Positions 1 to 10,686 of a DNA stretch of 62,093 nt are shown here, piece after piece (position 1 is the stretch's first letter; each line of letters opens with the position of its first letter). A program made the translations under genes and the position numbers. The stretch is from an uncultured bacterium (GTDB lineage Bacteria > Zixibacteria > MSB-5A5 > GN15 > FEB-12). The notes beneath the pieces were generated by a model that was given only the letters and a program-made list of their open reading frames with translations, was not told the origin of the DNA and did no database searches. The stretch spans positions 1 to 62,093 of the forward strand of contig CBDVDR010000020.1 of the NCBI GenBank assembly GCA_965372795.1. The letters are read 5' to 3'.

Positions 1-1
1 G

Positions 2-142
2 ACTGACCCGACCGCCAATCATGCCGAGTGGAATATGATTACTCGTAACACTCAGCTGACAGTCTCAGGACTTTATTACTGGACGGTTGAAAATATTGAT
101 ACGGGTGAAGTGCAAATAGGTAAACTTGTAATTATTATGTAG
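2..142 (+). CDS. 3' end of a T9SS-type secreted protein (partial, paralogue of the next gene)
   Basis: Frame 2 reads TDPTANHAEWNMITRNTQLTVSGLYYWTVENIDTGEVQIGKLVIIM*, matching the C-terminus of 150..2756 (DPTASHDEWDMITRNTQSIVSGLYY...GKFVIIK). Confidence 0.85.
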   Translation, partial: TDPTANHAEWNMITRNTQLTVSGLYYWTVENIDTGEVQIGKLVIIM

Positions 143-149
143 AGAACTA

Positions 150-2756
150 ATGGCATTAGTTTTAACAAATACAAAGAGTCGACATAATATTATTGTATTG
201 TCGACTCTTTTTATATTCTGTTTTCTATTGTATCCTTCTGTTAATGCAGAAACTTATAATCCAAAAAGTAATTATAAAGCTAAATTAAATCGCCCTCCAT
301 TATCCTTAGAAAGTTTACCGATTGTTGAATATGCTGCTCATAATCGAGGGAATATTCAATTAGTAATTGCTAATAACGGCACCTTTGGTACTGAAGGGAA
401 TACAGTAATAGATCCTTTTACTGGCATTGCCATCCAATCCTGTGTTTACCCCAAAAACAGTGATATAGTTTTTCTCTGGGTTGGAGGATTATGGATTGGA
501 GCCATAGTCGGTCGTGATACGTTAGTATCCAGTGCTACAGATGACTACTATGAGACGAAGGAGTTTTGGCCTGATATCAAACCTAAAGGCGATATCATTA
601 AAACGTCCATTGATCCTGATGATCTGAACTATTCAACGGACGCCTATTCAGAAGAAGATATTCTTTGTGTTTATTATGATACAATTACAAACCCTTCATT
701 AGTTGAAATGGATTCACGTGATCAGCGCCCTCATCAACCTTTAAATATAAAAGTAACCCAACGATCGATGGCTTGGAGTTATTCATATGCTGATGATTTT
801 ATTCTATTTGATTATTCAATAAAGAACATTGGTTTTGAAGATTTGGAAAAAGTTTATTTTGGAATCTATGTAGATGCCGATGTATGGCATACAACTAGAA
901 AAAATCCTGAAGGCTGGAGTGATGACATTGTAGGTTTTTATCGGGAGACTAAACCAGAAGGCGATTGTGGTTTTATTGATACCGTAAATATTGCATTTAC
1001 TGCTGATAACGATGGTGATCCAATCGGTAATAGTTGGGATTATCGTTCTACTCTTGGAGTAGTAGGCACTCGAGTGGTTCGAACACCGTCAGATTCTTTA
1101 AAATACTCTTATAACTGGTGGATAATAAATTCTGAAGTATCAAGAGATTTTGGTCCCCGCCAACAACACACAGCAGATGATCCATTTCGTAATTTTGGAG
1201 GAAGATTAGGAACCCCTCTGGGAGATTTGAATAGATATTATATTATGAGCCATGAAGAATTTGACTATGACCTAATGTACGCTGCTGTAGATCATAGTGA
1301 ACAAGGCTGGTTGAGTCCTCCTCGATTAGCAACTGAGTATGCGGAAGGATTTGATACTCGATACTTATTATCATTTGGACCATTTAATATAAACCCCGGA
1401 CAGGAACTACCAATAACATTCTGCTGGGTTGGTGGAGAAGATCTCCATACAGGACCTAAAGATTATGAAAATTATTTCGATCCATATAACCCTAACGAAT
1501 TTTACAATCATTTAAATTTTGATAATCTTGCAAAAAATTCTCTTTGGGCATCCTGGGTTTTTGATAATCCCGGAATAGATACTGACAATGATGGCTATCG
1601 TGGTAAATTCAGAGTTTGTGATGATGACACGATCTACTATGAAGGTGATGGCGTTCCGGATTTCAGGGGTGCTTCTCCCCCGCCAGCGCCAAAATTCTGG
1701 GTCGAACCATCGGTTGGCGAGCTTTATATTCGATTCAACGGTTTTCGCACGGAAACAACAAAAGATGCCTTTGCAAATATCCTGGATTTTGAGGGATATC
1801 GGGTTTATCTAAGTCGTGATGACCGTGCCTTTAGTTATGCTCTGGTTACTTCGTTTGATATAGAAGATTTCAATAAGTACATTATCGATATTGATGCGGA
1901 CACGACTTTCTATTTTAGCGACAAGGGTGATACTATTGGTTTTAATGTCTCTACCAGTTCTGACATTAAACTAAAAGATCCTCCTTTTGAAATAAGCGAT
2001 CTGAGGTGTCTTTATGCACCTGATGGCTGTGACGATCAGATTTTCGATCCGTACAATCATCCCAGAAACAATCCATTGCAAGTTGGTGATTCGTTATTCT
2101 ATTTTGAACCGCAGGATTTTAACGCTTCACTGCCCGGGATAAATACAAGAATTTATAAAATTTACCCTGACCAGCCATACCCATCAACCCTTGTAAAATC
2201 AGAGGTTGATCCATCGGAATTAACCGATGACGGTTACTTTAAATATTTTGAATATGAGACGCTGATTGAAAACCTTCTTCCCACCGTACCCTATTATGTC
2301 AATGTTGTTGCTTTTGATTTTGGCTCGCCCAAAGCCGGTTTAGCCTCTTTAGAATCATCTGTCACGATTGGATCAGTAGTTGCCTACCCACTTAGTTCTG
2401 CCGGTGAAGTGTCGGACCGGAACCTTAAAGCCTACGTCTATCCTAATCCATATATTATTGAAGATGAATACGCCATTGCAGGATTTGAAAATCGTAAAGG
2501 CAACCTTGCCACCGAACGAGCCAGAAGGCTGAACTTTGCAAACCTTCCGGCAAAATGCATAATTCAAATATTCTCACTTGACGGAGATCTAATCCGCGAA
2601 ATAGATCACGACAAAGACCCATTGGACCCTACCGCATCACATGATGAATGGGATATGATTACCCGCAATACTCAATCAATTGTATCGGGATTATATTATT
2701 TCGTTATTGATTCAGGAGAAAAATCACAAGTTGGAAAATTCGTGATTATAAAATAG
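150..2756 (+). CDS. Large secreted protein with T9SS-like C-terminal sorting domain
   Basis: N-terminal signal peptide; C-terminal VYPNPY...IFSLDGDLIREI...WDMITRN...SGLYYF...GKFVIIK pattern. Confidence 0.8.
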   Translation: MALVLTNTKSRHNIIVLSTLFIFCFLLYPSVNAETYNPKSNYKAKLNRPPLSLESLPIVEYAAHNRGNIQLVIANNGTFGTEGNTVIDPFTGIAIQSCVYPKNSDIVFLWVGGLWIGAIVGRDTLVSSATDDYYETKEFWPDIKPKGDIIKTSIDPDDLNYSTDAYSEEDILCVYYDTITNPSLVEMDSRDQRPHQPLNIKVTQRSMAWSYSYADDFILFDYSIKNIGFEDLEKVYFGIYVDADVWHTTRKNPEGWSDDIVGFYRETKPEGDCGFIDTVNIAFTADNDGDPIGNSWDYRSTLGVVGTRVVRTPSDSLKYSYNWWIINSEVSRDFGPRQQHTADDPFRNFGGRLGTPLGDLNRYYIMSHEEFDYDLMYAAVDHSEQGWLSPPRLATEYAEGFDTRYLLSFGPFNINPGQELPITFCWVGGEDLHTGPKDYENYFDPYNPNEFYNHLNFDNLAKNSLWASWVFDNPGIDTDNDGYRGKFRVCDDDTIYYEGDGVPDFRGASPPPAPKFWVEPSVGELYIRFNGFRTETTKDAFANILDFEGYRVYLSRDDRAFSYALVTSFDIEDFNKYIIDIDADTTFYFSDKGDTIGFNVSTSSDIKLKDPPFEISDLRCLYAPDGCDDQIFDPYNHPRNNPLQVGDSLFYFEPQDFNASLPGINTRIYKIYPDQPYPSTLVKSEVDPSELTDDGYFKYFEYETLIENLLPTVPYYVNVVAFDFGSPKAGLASLESSVTIGSVVAYPLSSAGEVSDRNLKAYVYPNPYIIEDEYAIAGFENRKGNLATERARRLNFANLPAKCIIQIFSLDGDLIREIDHDKDPLDPTASHDEWDMITRNTQSIVSGLYYFVIDSGEKSQVGKFVIIK

Positions 2757-3980
2757 TTAATCAATTTTATAATTAAATTCTTTAGGAAGCTTCCTTTTAA
2801 AAAGTAAATAACCTGAAGCGGAAATAATCGCCAAAGAACTGATCAACAACCAGGCTACTTCCGGCTGATTTTTGAAAGAATCAAGGATCAACCCGCCATA
2901 TAACGGTCCAAACGACCAGCCGGTAGCTACAAAGAATCCATAAATCCCCATGTATCTCCCCATCCGACCCGGAGGCGCCAAACGCGATGTAAGGGCGAGC
3001 GATGGCGGTGACATTGCCATCTCACCAATGGTAATGATTATCATCATCAGGACAAAGAAATTGAAGCCCACAAAATACCCGATAAAGCCATAGCCAATAA
3101 TATAAAACATACTTCCTAAAGCTAATTGAGTTGTAAAGGCATGTTTTGATAATAACTTTGTAAGTGGAATCTGAAAGGATACCACCAATAATCCGTTAAT
3201 GGTATACAAGTATCCTAACTCTGTTTGAGAGATGCCAACCATATCAACGGCATAGACAGAAAAAGGAGCCATCAACTGACTTACGACCAGATAAAGAATA
3301 AATATTAATGAACAATGAATCGCCAGGTTGGGATCATCTTTAATAGCAATCAAATCTTTGAATTGAAAACGCTCGGTTGGGGATTCTGTCTTTGGGGATA
3401 TTAACATAAATCCAAATACAAGGGTTGATGATAAAGTGATAACAGCAGACATAAAAAAGAGAATACTATAAGAAGATGCGGCTAAAAAACCGCCTAATGC
3501 CGGTCCCACAGCCCATCCAAGATTTCCGGCAGCCCGGGTGATGGCATAACCATCCAGACGTTGAAATTCAGGGAGTATATCTGAAACCATGGCGTTTGCA
3601 ACCGGTTGAAAAATCGCGCCAAAAATTGAGGCTACAATCAAAGCTCCGGCTATCGGAATTAAGCCCCAATCGAAATAAATAAAAACCGCTAATGCAAAAA
3701 ATGAGGCTGATCTGAATAATTGAGAATAAATCAGGAGAACTCTTCTCTCCATTCGGTCGGAAATTTCACCCCCTAAAAGTTGAAATACAGACCGGACAAT
3801 TGCCATCCCTCCGAAGAATAAACCGATTTGAGACATCGACAGTTCTAAATGTGAATGAAAATAAATTGCAATAAATGGAATTGAAACGGCAAACCCCAAA
3901 GCACTGACAAACCACCCAAATGATAATACCCATAGATTTTTTTCAAACTGACGGACATAGTGAAGTGCTTTTGAGACCAT
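2757..3980 (-). CDS. MFS transporter
   Basis: About 12 hydrophobic segments, motif A-like GGEISDRMERR; ATG at 3980 preferred over the TTG at 4016, which overlaps a -35 box. Confidence 0.9.
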   Translation of the reverse strand: MVSKALHYVRQFEKNLWVLSFGWFVSALGFAVSIPFIAIYFHSHLELSMSQIGLFFGGMAIVRSVFQLLGGEISDRMERRVLLIYSQLFRSASFFALAVFIYFDWGLIPIAGALIVASIFGAIFQPVANAMVSDILPEFQRLDGYAITRAAGNLGWAVGPALGGFLAASSYSILFFMSAVITLSSTLVFGFMLISPKTESPTERFQFKDLIAIKDDPNLAIHCSLIFILYLVVSQLMAPFSVYAVDMVGISQTELGYLYTINGLLVVSFQIPLTKLLSKHAFTTQLALGSMFYIIGYGFIGYFVGFNFFVLMMIIITIGEMAMSPPSLALTSRLAPPGRMGRYMGIYGFFVATGWSFGPLYGGLILDSFKNQPEVAWLLISSLAIISASGYLLFKRKLPKEFNYKID

Positions 3981-4044
3981 AGTCAGAGAATATATATGGA
4001 TGGTCTCTATAATCAAGCACTTGATAGAAACATTATATAAGTAA

Positions 4045-7002
4045 TTAACCGGTTAGTTTAGACAACCTTTGCTTAGTATCGGTAATCTCTTTTATCTGGA
4101 TATCCGCATTCCCCCAATAGGCTAGAATTTCTTCATAAACCTCAATAGCCTGCCGGGTTTTTCCGACACCTTCGTATGATCGACCAAGATAATAATGAGC
4201 CTCAAGCCATAATCTGGCAACAGTTGGATCCTTTTTTAAGGAAGTATTTATTAAAATCAATTCCAGAGCATCCTGATATCTGCCGGTTTCAACCATAAGA
4301 TAAGTGGCTTCAGAATTATCCCCATTTAATCCTTGTAATTCTGATAATTTTAAAAAAGCATCAATTACCGCAGAAGTATCATATTCACTATACCCATTAA
4401 AAACTAAGTTCAGTTGATCAACAACAATCCAAAATTTTGAAGGAACTTTAGATTTAAAAACTTCTGATGCTTCTTCAAATATTGGACGAACAATTGGGGC
4501 TGTTGCCGGAAATCTTTGTACTATAGTAATAGGATAATTAATCTGGTTCATATTTTTGGTCCATTTCAAAGCATGCTGGCTTAAACTGAGTGAACTATCT
4601 TTTTCACCAAGCCAATAATAATAAGTCGCTAACGATGAATATGCCGAGGTGATTGAATTACTATCTTTCGTCTCCAGAGCGTAATCCAAAGCTATGTGGC
4701 GATCTTCAATTCCCTTTTTAAATTTCCCTCTCCAATTGTTCAGATTAGATAAACTATGATAATATGACATTAATTTATAAGGGTCATTTTTAAGATAACT
4801 TTTTACATTTTCAAGAACTTCCTGAGCTTTCACAAAGTCCTTCTTTTTGATATAAAGAGCCGATATGTTCCTGACAGACCGTAACTTACCAGGGCTTATT
4901 TCAAGTGCCGCATTAAACTCCTCGATGGCTTTATCTATTTCACCCATCTCTGAATAAATATAAGCCAGAGTCTCAATACCGGACACGACTTTGGGATGGT
5001 ATTTTTTTATTTGCAAGGCTATTTCTTCGGCTCTTACATAATTGTTATTTGCCATTTCTATTTCAGCATAATTACTAAGAACAAAAAGATATGAAGGATC
5101 GGTGCTTAAAACCGTATCAAATTGTGCGAAAGCTTTTGTAGTGTCTCTATCAAAAAGATTGATAAATAATCCATAAATAGTTCTAACTTCTTTATCGTCG
5201 GGGTAGTTGCTGATAAACGTTTGTATTTTTGTATACGCTGAAGAGAAGTCCTGATCTACCCAAACATCATTATAAAAATCAACCATATTCCGCTCTCGAA
5301 GCGGCAGGCTCTTTTCTCTTTTTTTGGCTTCTAAAAGATATGGCAAGCCCAATTGATTTTTATTACTGAATATATAAGCCATTCCGATTCTGAGATACGG
5401 CAAGATAAATGTGGAATCAATTTCAATTGCTTCCTTAAAATTTGCAATCGAAGAGTCGTATTCGCCTGTAAATAATTTTTCAAGCCCAATCTGGTATAGC
5501 TTGTAAGCCGCAGGTGAAGAAGCAAATTCAAAGACCGATTGTTTTTCGTTATAAGAATCTTGAAGGTTTAAAGAAACTATTATCTTTGAAGTTAACGAAT
5601 CTATCAGCGGAAACGGGTCGTCCCCAACAACCTTTTCAGCAAGAATTATCTTTCCAGTGGTTAAATCTTCAAGTCTGGCATCTATTCTTATTTTATCGCC
5701 GAATTTATAAAACGAACCCGATAAAAGAGAAACTGCTCCCAATGATTTGGCTGCTTTAACACAATCATCAAAAGAGTGTTTTTTAATCCGATCAGGGAAG
5801 CAATCGAGAATCCGTTCACGACTGATCAAATTGATAACATTGCTTTGAGCCAGATCGGTAAGCATAATTTCCGGCAGTCCGGTTTCGAGCCAGTCCAGTT
5901 CGGAATCTCCGGTTTTATTTTCAAAGCCCAAAATTGCAAGAGATTGTGCTTGGGCAGCAACTTGACTACTATCCGGATTAAATTCGATATTAACCCCGCT
6001 AAAAATAATAGTTAATAAAATTGCCAAGCCTACAATAATCAACGAAGCCTTTGTTTTGCTTAATTCGAATGATTTTTTAATTTTAGGGCGGTCAGTAATT
6101 GTACTGATTGTATCAGTGATACCACTGTCAAATTGTCTTCTTAAATTCCTTAAGTCGACGACCAAATCGCGAGTATCCTGATATCGATCATTGGGGTCTT
6201 TTTGAAGACATTTATCAATTATTCTTTCCATCTCCAGAGGGATAGACTCGTTTTTCAACCGGGGTGATTCATGACGGGTTTCTAATATTTTTGCTAAAGT
6301 CGAAACCTGAGTTGCCCCGGTAAATGGAAATACTCCGGTGGACATACGATAAAAGAGAACTCCAAATGAAAATATATCAGAACGAATATCAACCGGTTCA
6401 CCTTTTGCCTGTTCAGGAGACATATATGAAACTGTCCCCATAATTTTACCGGTACTCGTAAGCTCCTGTGAGACTGTCCGAGTAAAGTCGCCTTCTTTGG
6501 AAATGAACGGGTCTAACGGTTTTGCTAATCCAAAATCAAGAATTTTTGGTTCACCGTTATGATCGATAATAATATTATCACTTTTAATATCCCGATGTAC
6601 GATATTTAATTTGTGCGCTGCTGATAAACCGGTAGAAATTTTTTCAGCAAGCCTAATTATACCGCCTATATCAAGCTTTTTTGCACTTAAATGATCAGCA
6701 AGAAGATTTCCCTCAATATATTCCATGACCAGATAATGGATTTCCTGACCGTTTTCATCTTTTACAAAATCAATATCATAAATGCCCATTACATTTTGAT
6801 GAGAAATCTGGGCTACCATTTTAGCTTCACGATGAAATCTTTCAAGGCGTTCTTTATTATCAATCAAATCAGCCGGAAGAACCTTGAGGGCTACTTTCCG
6901 CTTTAGCTTAAGGTCTTCGGCAAGATAAACTACCCCCATACCTCCCACGCCAAGCAGTTTGACAATAGTGAAATGTGCAAATTTTTGTCCGGCTTCGAGC
7001 AT
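4045..7002 (-). CDS. Hanks-type Ser/Thr protein kinase with TM helix, TolB-N-like domain and TPR repeats
   Basis: LGVGGMGVVY, VALK, HRDIKSDN, DFGLAK, GTVSYMSPEQ; TM around aa 320-340; SLAILGFEN motif; TPR-like C-terminus. Confidence 0.93.
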   Translation of the reverse strand: MLEAGQKFAHFTIVKLLGVGGMGVVYLAEDLKLKRKVALKVLPADLIDNKERLERFHREAKMVAQISHQNVMGIYDIDFVKDENGQEIHYLVMEYIEGNLLADHLSAKKLDIGGIIRLAEKISTGLSAAHKLNIVHRDIKSDNIIIDHNGEPKILDFGLAKPLDPFISKEGDFTRTVSQELTSTGKIMGTVSYMSPEQAKGEPVDIRSDIFSFGVLFYRMSTGVFPFTGATQVSTLAKILETRHESPRLKNESIPLEMERIIDKCLQKDPNDRYQDTRDLVVDLRNLRRQFDSGITDTISTITDRPKIKKSFELSKTKASLIIVGLAILLTIIFSGVNIEFNPDSSQVAAQAQSLAILGFENKTGDSELDWLETGLPEIMLTDLAQSNVINLISRERILDCFPDRIKKHSFDDCVKAAKSLGAVSLLSGSFYKFGDKIRIDARLEDLTTGKIILAEKVVGDDPFPLIDSLTSKIIVSLNLQDSYNEKQSVFEFASSPAAYKLYQIGLEKLFTGEYDSSIANFKEAIEIDSTFILPYLRIGMAYIFSNKNQLGLPYLLEAKKREKSLPLRERNMVDFYNDVWVDQDFSSAYTKIQTFISNYPDDKEVRTIYGLFINLFDRDTTKAFAQFDTVLSTDPSYLFVLSNYAEIEMANNNYVRAEEIALQIKKYHPKVVSGIETLAYIYSEMGEIDKAIEEFNAALEISPGKLRSVRNISALYIKKKDFVKAQEVLENVKSYLKNDPYKLMSYYHSLSNLNNWRGKFKKGIEDRHIALDYALETKDSNSITSAYSSLATYYYWLGEKDSSLSLSQHALKWTKNMNQINYPITIVQRFPATAPIVRPIFEEASEVFKSKVPSKFWIVVDQLNLVFNGYSEYDTSAVIDAFLKLSELQGLNGDNSEATYLMVETGRYQDALELILINTSLKKDPTVARLWLEAHYYLGRSYEGVGKTRQAIEVYEEILAYWGNADIQIKEITDTKQRLSKLTG

Positions 7003-7066
7003 CTATCCTCTTTTCAAATTAGTTGAAAAATTATTAATAATATTTTTTATACTATGCCTCAGCAAA

Positions 7067-8728
7067 TTATTCATTCCTTTTTACAATCAACATTGTTATA
7101 TCGTCAGACTGTGGTGATGACCCGGCAAAGGTTTTAATATCCTGCATAAGAGTCGACGCAACCTTATCAGGATCAATATCTAAGTTATTCTTTATAAATT
7201 GCTCTAATTTCTCTTCGCCATATTGACATTCCGGACCCTCTGCTTCTGTCACTCCATCGGAGTAGACAACAACCAGATCACCGACATTTAAATTAACTTT
7301 GGTTTCCGTCCACTCCATCAATGGAAATGCTCCAATCATTATTCCGGAAGGATCAAGGTATTCAATTGTTTTATTTTGCCTCATAAGTATCGGCGGATTA
7401 TGTCCGGCGTTCACAAAGGTCAGTTCATTGGACTTCGGGTCAATGACTCCCATAAATAATGTTGCAAAATCTTCCTGAGCAGAATGAATGTATAATTGGT
7501 TAGAGACCTGTTTCACAGCCTCTGACAATTCAAATTTCTTATTATTAAATAAAATCCTGAATGATGCCAGGATATTAGACATCAATAGCGCCGCTCCCAT
7601 TCCTTTGCCGCTGACATCAGCAACCATAAAGATCAGATGACCCTCTAATGAGAGGCAAATATCAAACATATCTCCGCCGACAGAACGACACTGCTCCTGC
7701 AAAGCACAAATTTTATAGCCGGGAATCTCAGCTTGCGGCATATCCAAAAGTTTCTTTTGAATTGAAGAGGCTCTTTTGAGTTCTGCCTCAATCAGCTGTC
7801 TATCGGCTCTAATATTTAAAAGGGCATAGTTGACTAATCGTGAAGCAATAATATTTCCGAATGCACCGAGTAATTTCAGATAATCATTATTATAACGGTG
7901 CAGAGGATTTGTCGTATCAACATATAAAATCCCCAACACCTCTCCCTCGTCAAAAAGCGGCACTGCCAAAGCTGATTTCATTTCAGACATAATTATTGAT
8001 TGCTGATTTGCAAAATGCGGATCATCCATCGGGTTGCCGATCAGGATGGCATTTTTATTGGTTAAAATATCATTGATAATTGTTTTTGATAAAATCAGAT
8101 TACCAAGTTCCTTCTCGCTTGTATTCAAACTGGCTGCAATTATCACTTCATCAGAATTTTTATCTTTATTATCTTCAGTAGTTAAAATGGCTAATCTTTC
8201 TGCAGGAATTACTTTTGAGATTAATTCCAGAGAACGCTTCAACATAACTTCCTTTGGCTCTGGCAGAACCAAAGTTTTCGCCATTTCAAATAAAGTTGGT
8301 AAGACATTCGGAAGTTCGATTACTTTTGCCGGCAATGGCTTAAGAACTTCTTTTATAGAAAGAAAAACTGATTTTTCCGGGTCATGGTCAGCTAAACGGG
8401 TAGTAATTGAAGGCGATATATTGATACTTCCGTTTTCACCTGACCCAATTTTAAACTCTGCTTCTCCAAAACAAATGCGATCTTTACCGTTTATCTCAAC
8501 TTTATCGGTCACCGGCATCTGATTAACAGTCGTACCATTGTGACTGCCCAAATCAGTTATAAAATATCGATGATCATTAGTAACTTCAAACTCAACATGC
8601 TTGCGGGAAACAGTACTATTTAATATTGAAAATTCACAATCAGGACTTCGACCTAATGTATATTTTCCCGGGTATAGATCCCATGAGTATAATCTATTAC
8701 CATCAGAACCTTTTAACTGCTTTATCAT
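7067..8728 (-). CDS. FHA-GAF-SpoIIE (PP2C) phosphatase
   Basis: FHA (LGRS...VSRKH...DLGSHNGT), GAF (SALAVPL...GILYVD), PP2C (VGGD, ADVSGKG, NAGHNPP, YSDGVTEA, DDIT). Confidence 0.92.
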   Translation of the reverse strand: MIKQLKGSDGNRLYSWDLYPGKYTLGRSPDCEFSILNSTVSRKHVEFEVTNDHRYFITDLGSHNGTTVNQMPVTDKVEINGKDRICFGEAEFKIGSGENGSINISPSITTRLADHDPEKSVFLSIKEVLKPLPAKVIELPNVLPTLFEMAKTLVLPEPKEVMLKRSLELISKVIPAERLAILTTEDNKDKNSDEVIIAASLNTSEKELGNLILSKTIINDILTNKNAILIGNPMDDPHFANQQSIIMSEMKSALAVPLFDEGEVLGILYVDTTNPLHRYNNDYLKLLGAFGNIIASRLVNYALLNIRADRQLIEAELKRASSIQKKLLDMPQAEIPGYKICALQEQCRSVGGDMFDICLSLEGHLIFMVADVSGKGMGAALLMSNILASFRILFNNKKFELSEAVKQVSNQLYIHSAQEDFATLFMGVIDPKSNELTFVNAGHNPPILMRQNKTIEYLDPSGIMIGAFPLMEWTETKVNLNVGDLVVVYSDGVTEAEGPECQYGEEKLEQFIKNNLDIDPDKVASTLMQDIKTFAGSSPQSDDITMLIVKRNE

Positions 8729-8782
8729 ATATATTAATACACCTTTTATGTATAAATTGTTGCTTAGTATTATCGATTATTT

Positions 8783-9985
8783 TTATCTATTTTGGGAACA
8801 ATAACTAATCAAATAATCGGAAATTTTATTGAATCCGTCAATCTTAAATTTACCCCAGCCCAATTTTGCCATTTCAATCAATTTATTGCGATCCCTCGAC
8901 AAATTAAGCAATTCACCAAGCCCATTGGCTGTCCTTTCAGAATCTATATTTATTGATACGTTTTGATCTGATAAAAACTTGGAGTTTAAAGGCGAAAAGG
9001 TACCGATACAGGGACCGATTACAAACATTGGCAGACCTAAGCCGATTGCCCAGTTGGTTCTTTCATGTGACGGGGCAGCAAAAAAATCGAATTGCCTAAA
9101 TAACTTTGTCGTATAGAGAGATTCTTCTTTCCTGCTTGAAAATCTAACTATTGTAACCGGGGCCAAATTATCAATTGAATCTGAAGGGCTTTTTAGAATT
9201 CGATAAATTATATTTTTATTGTTTAATTCAATTTTAACCTGTTTTTCAAAGGCTCCATCGTGCTTTACAAAAAAGATCGATTTCCCCCCATGCTGAACCA
9301 GCGATATTCCGGCAGCAATTAGTTTTGAAATATGAATATCCGGTTCGGCTCCTGATGAATAAAATGCGCCAATCAGTATATCGTTATTTTTTAAACGATA
9401 CAATCTTTGCTCAAAAGATTTTTGTGCAAGATTCACCAATGAATTTTCAATACATAGTCCGGACACAAACAGATCATCTTCATTGTATCCATACTCTATA
9501 AACTTTTGGGCAACTTCACTGGTAGGCACAATTATTTTCTGAGCCCCCTTAACAAAGGCTTCCTTAGGTGCAATGACTTCCCCGTGCTGATAGATGAGAT
9601 CCTTTTTTCCTTTTAGTATTCCTACTAACAGCGGATGCCCGACAACAATCGGCACATTACCATTGGCAAAATGACTTTTTAAATTACGTCCCAGAATCGA
9701 AAGCATAATACTTTGGTTATTATAGTTTGTACCGGATCTAATTCTGCTGTAAATCTGATTTATAAAATTGTCTGATGAACCTTTACGATAAAGCCAATAG
9801 GCAAGTTTCCAGGCTGCCAGAGAAATTCCACTCGATATTTGAAAAACATCATTCACTGAATGCGTTAAGGCAACTTCATTCTCTCTTAGCAGGGCTTCCT
9901 TTATACCATCAAGATAAAACGGATGGCCTCTACCGATATTGGTATAAAGAAATTTTATCTGGGTTAGATTTTTAACCATTTTCAA
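8783..9985 (-). CDS. Hypothetical protein, possibly GT-B glycosyltransferase-like
   Basis: 400-aa ORF; N-terminal IGRGH and C-terminal PSHERTNWAIGLGLP resemble GT-B fold motifs. Confidence 0.5.
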   Translation of the reverse strand: MKMVKNLTQIKFLYTNIGRGHPFYLDGIKEALLRENEVALTHSVNDVFQISSGISLAAWKLAYWLYRKGSSDNFINQIYSRIRSGTNYNNQSIMLSILGRNLKSHFANGNVPIVVGHPLLVGILKGKKDLIYQHGEVIAPKEAFVKGAQKIIVPTSEVAQKFIEYGYNEDDLFVSGLCIENSLVNLAQKSFEQRLYRLKNNDILIGAFYSSGAEPDIHISKLIAAGISLVQHGGKSIFFVKHDGAFEKQVKIELNNKNIIYRILKSPSDSIDNLAPVTIVRFSSRKEESLYTTKLFRQFDFFAAPSHERTNWAIGLGLPMFVIGPCIGTFSPLNSKFLSDQNVSINIDSERTANGLGELLNLSRDRNKLIEMAKLGWGKFKIDGFNKISDYLISYCSQNR

Positions 9986-10058
9986 TTATAAATTCTTAAT
10001 AAGAATGTTAATTAACTGCTTTAATTATAATTTATAATATAAATCTGAAAAATAGAAA

Positions 10059-10089
10059 TAAAAAAAAGCCGGCAATATTGCCGGCTTTT
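10059..10089 (-). terminator. Intrinsic terminator after cheW
   Basis: Palindrome AAAAGCCGGCAAT-ATTGCCGGCTTTT with a U-tract on the minus strand. Confidence 0.8.
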
Positions 10090-10105
10090 CCTCTCTTTGC
10101 TAACC

Positions 10106-10603
10106 CTATTTCGTAATCGAAGAAACTTCTGAAACATCAATTGCTTTGGAAAGATCGAGAAATATTAGTAGACGATCTTCTAATTTAGCCACACCCTTGA
10201 TATATTCGGAATTGATTCCTGTAACGATTTCCGGAGGCGGCTCAATTGTATTAGCTTGAAGTCTTAAAACTTCTGAAACCGAATCGACAACCATACCGAT
10301 AATATTACCTACAATATCGACTACAACGATACGGGTATTTTTATCGTATTCTTTAATTTCAAGATTAAACCTTTTTCTCAAATCAACAATCGGAATAACT
10401 TTCCCGCGAAGATTAATTACTCCTTCAACATAGGTAGGAGCTTGAGGCACTTTGGTGATTTCAACCATCCGATTGATCTCCTGCACCTTTAAAATATCAA
10501 CGCCAAATTCTTCATTACCAATATTAAATGACACAAGCTGTAAAAGCTCCTCACCGGCGCCTGAAAATTGATCTTGTTTTTTTCCTAACGTAGCGGCATC
10601 CAT
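10106..10603 (-). CDS. cheW: Chemotaxis coupling protein CheW
   Basis: EEFGVDILKVQEI, GVINLRGKVIPIVDLR, GMVVDSVSEV. Confidence 0.95.
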   Translation of the reverse strand: MDAATLGKKQDQFSGAGEELLQLVSFNIGNEEFGVDILKVQEINRMVEITKVPQAPTYVEGVINLRGKVIPIVDLRKRFNLEIKEYDKNTRIVVVDIVGNIIGMVVDSVSEVLRLQANTIEPPPEIVTGINSEYIKGVAKLEDRLLIFLDLSKAIDVSEVSSITK

Positions 10604-10686
10604 GATAACCCCTTATTCAATTTTTAATTTCTATTCTTCAATTTGGGCATAAATATCAAAAAAGAAGATAAATTGCCATAGTAAAT

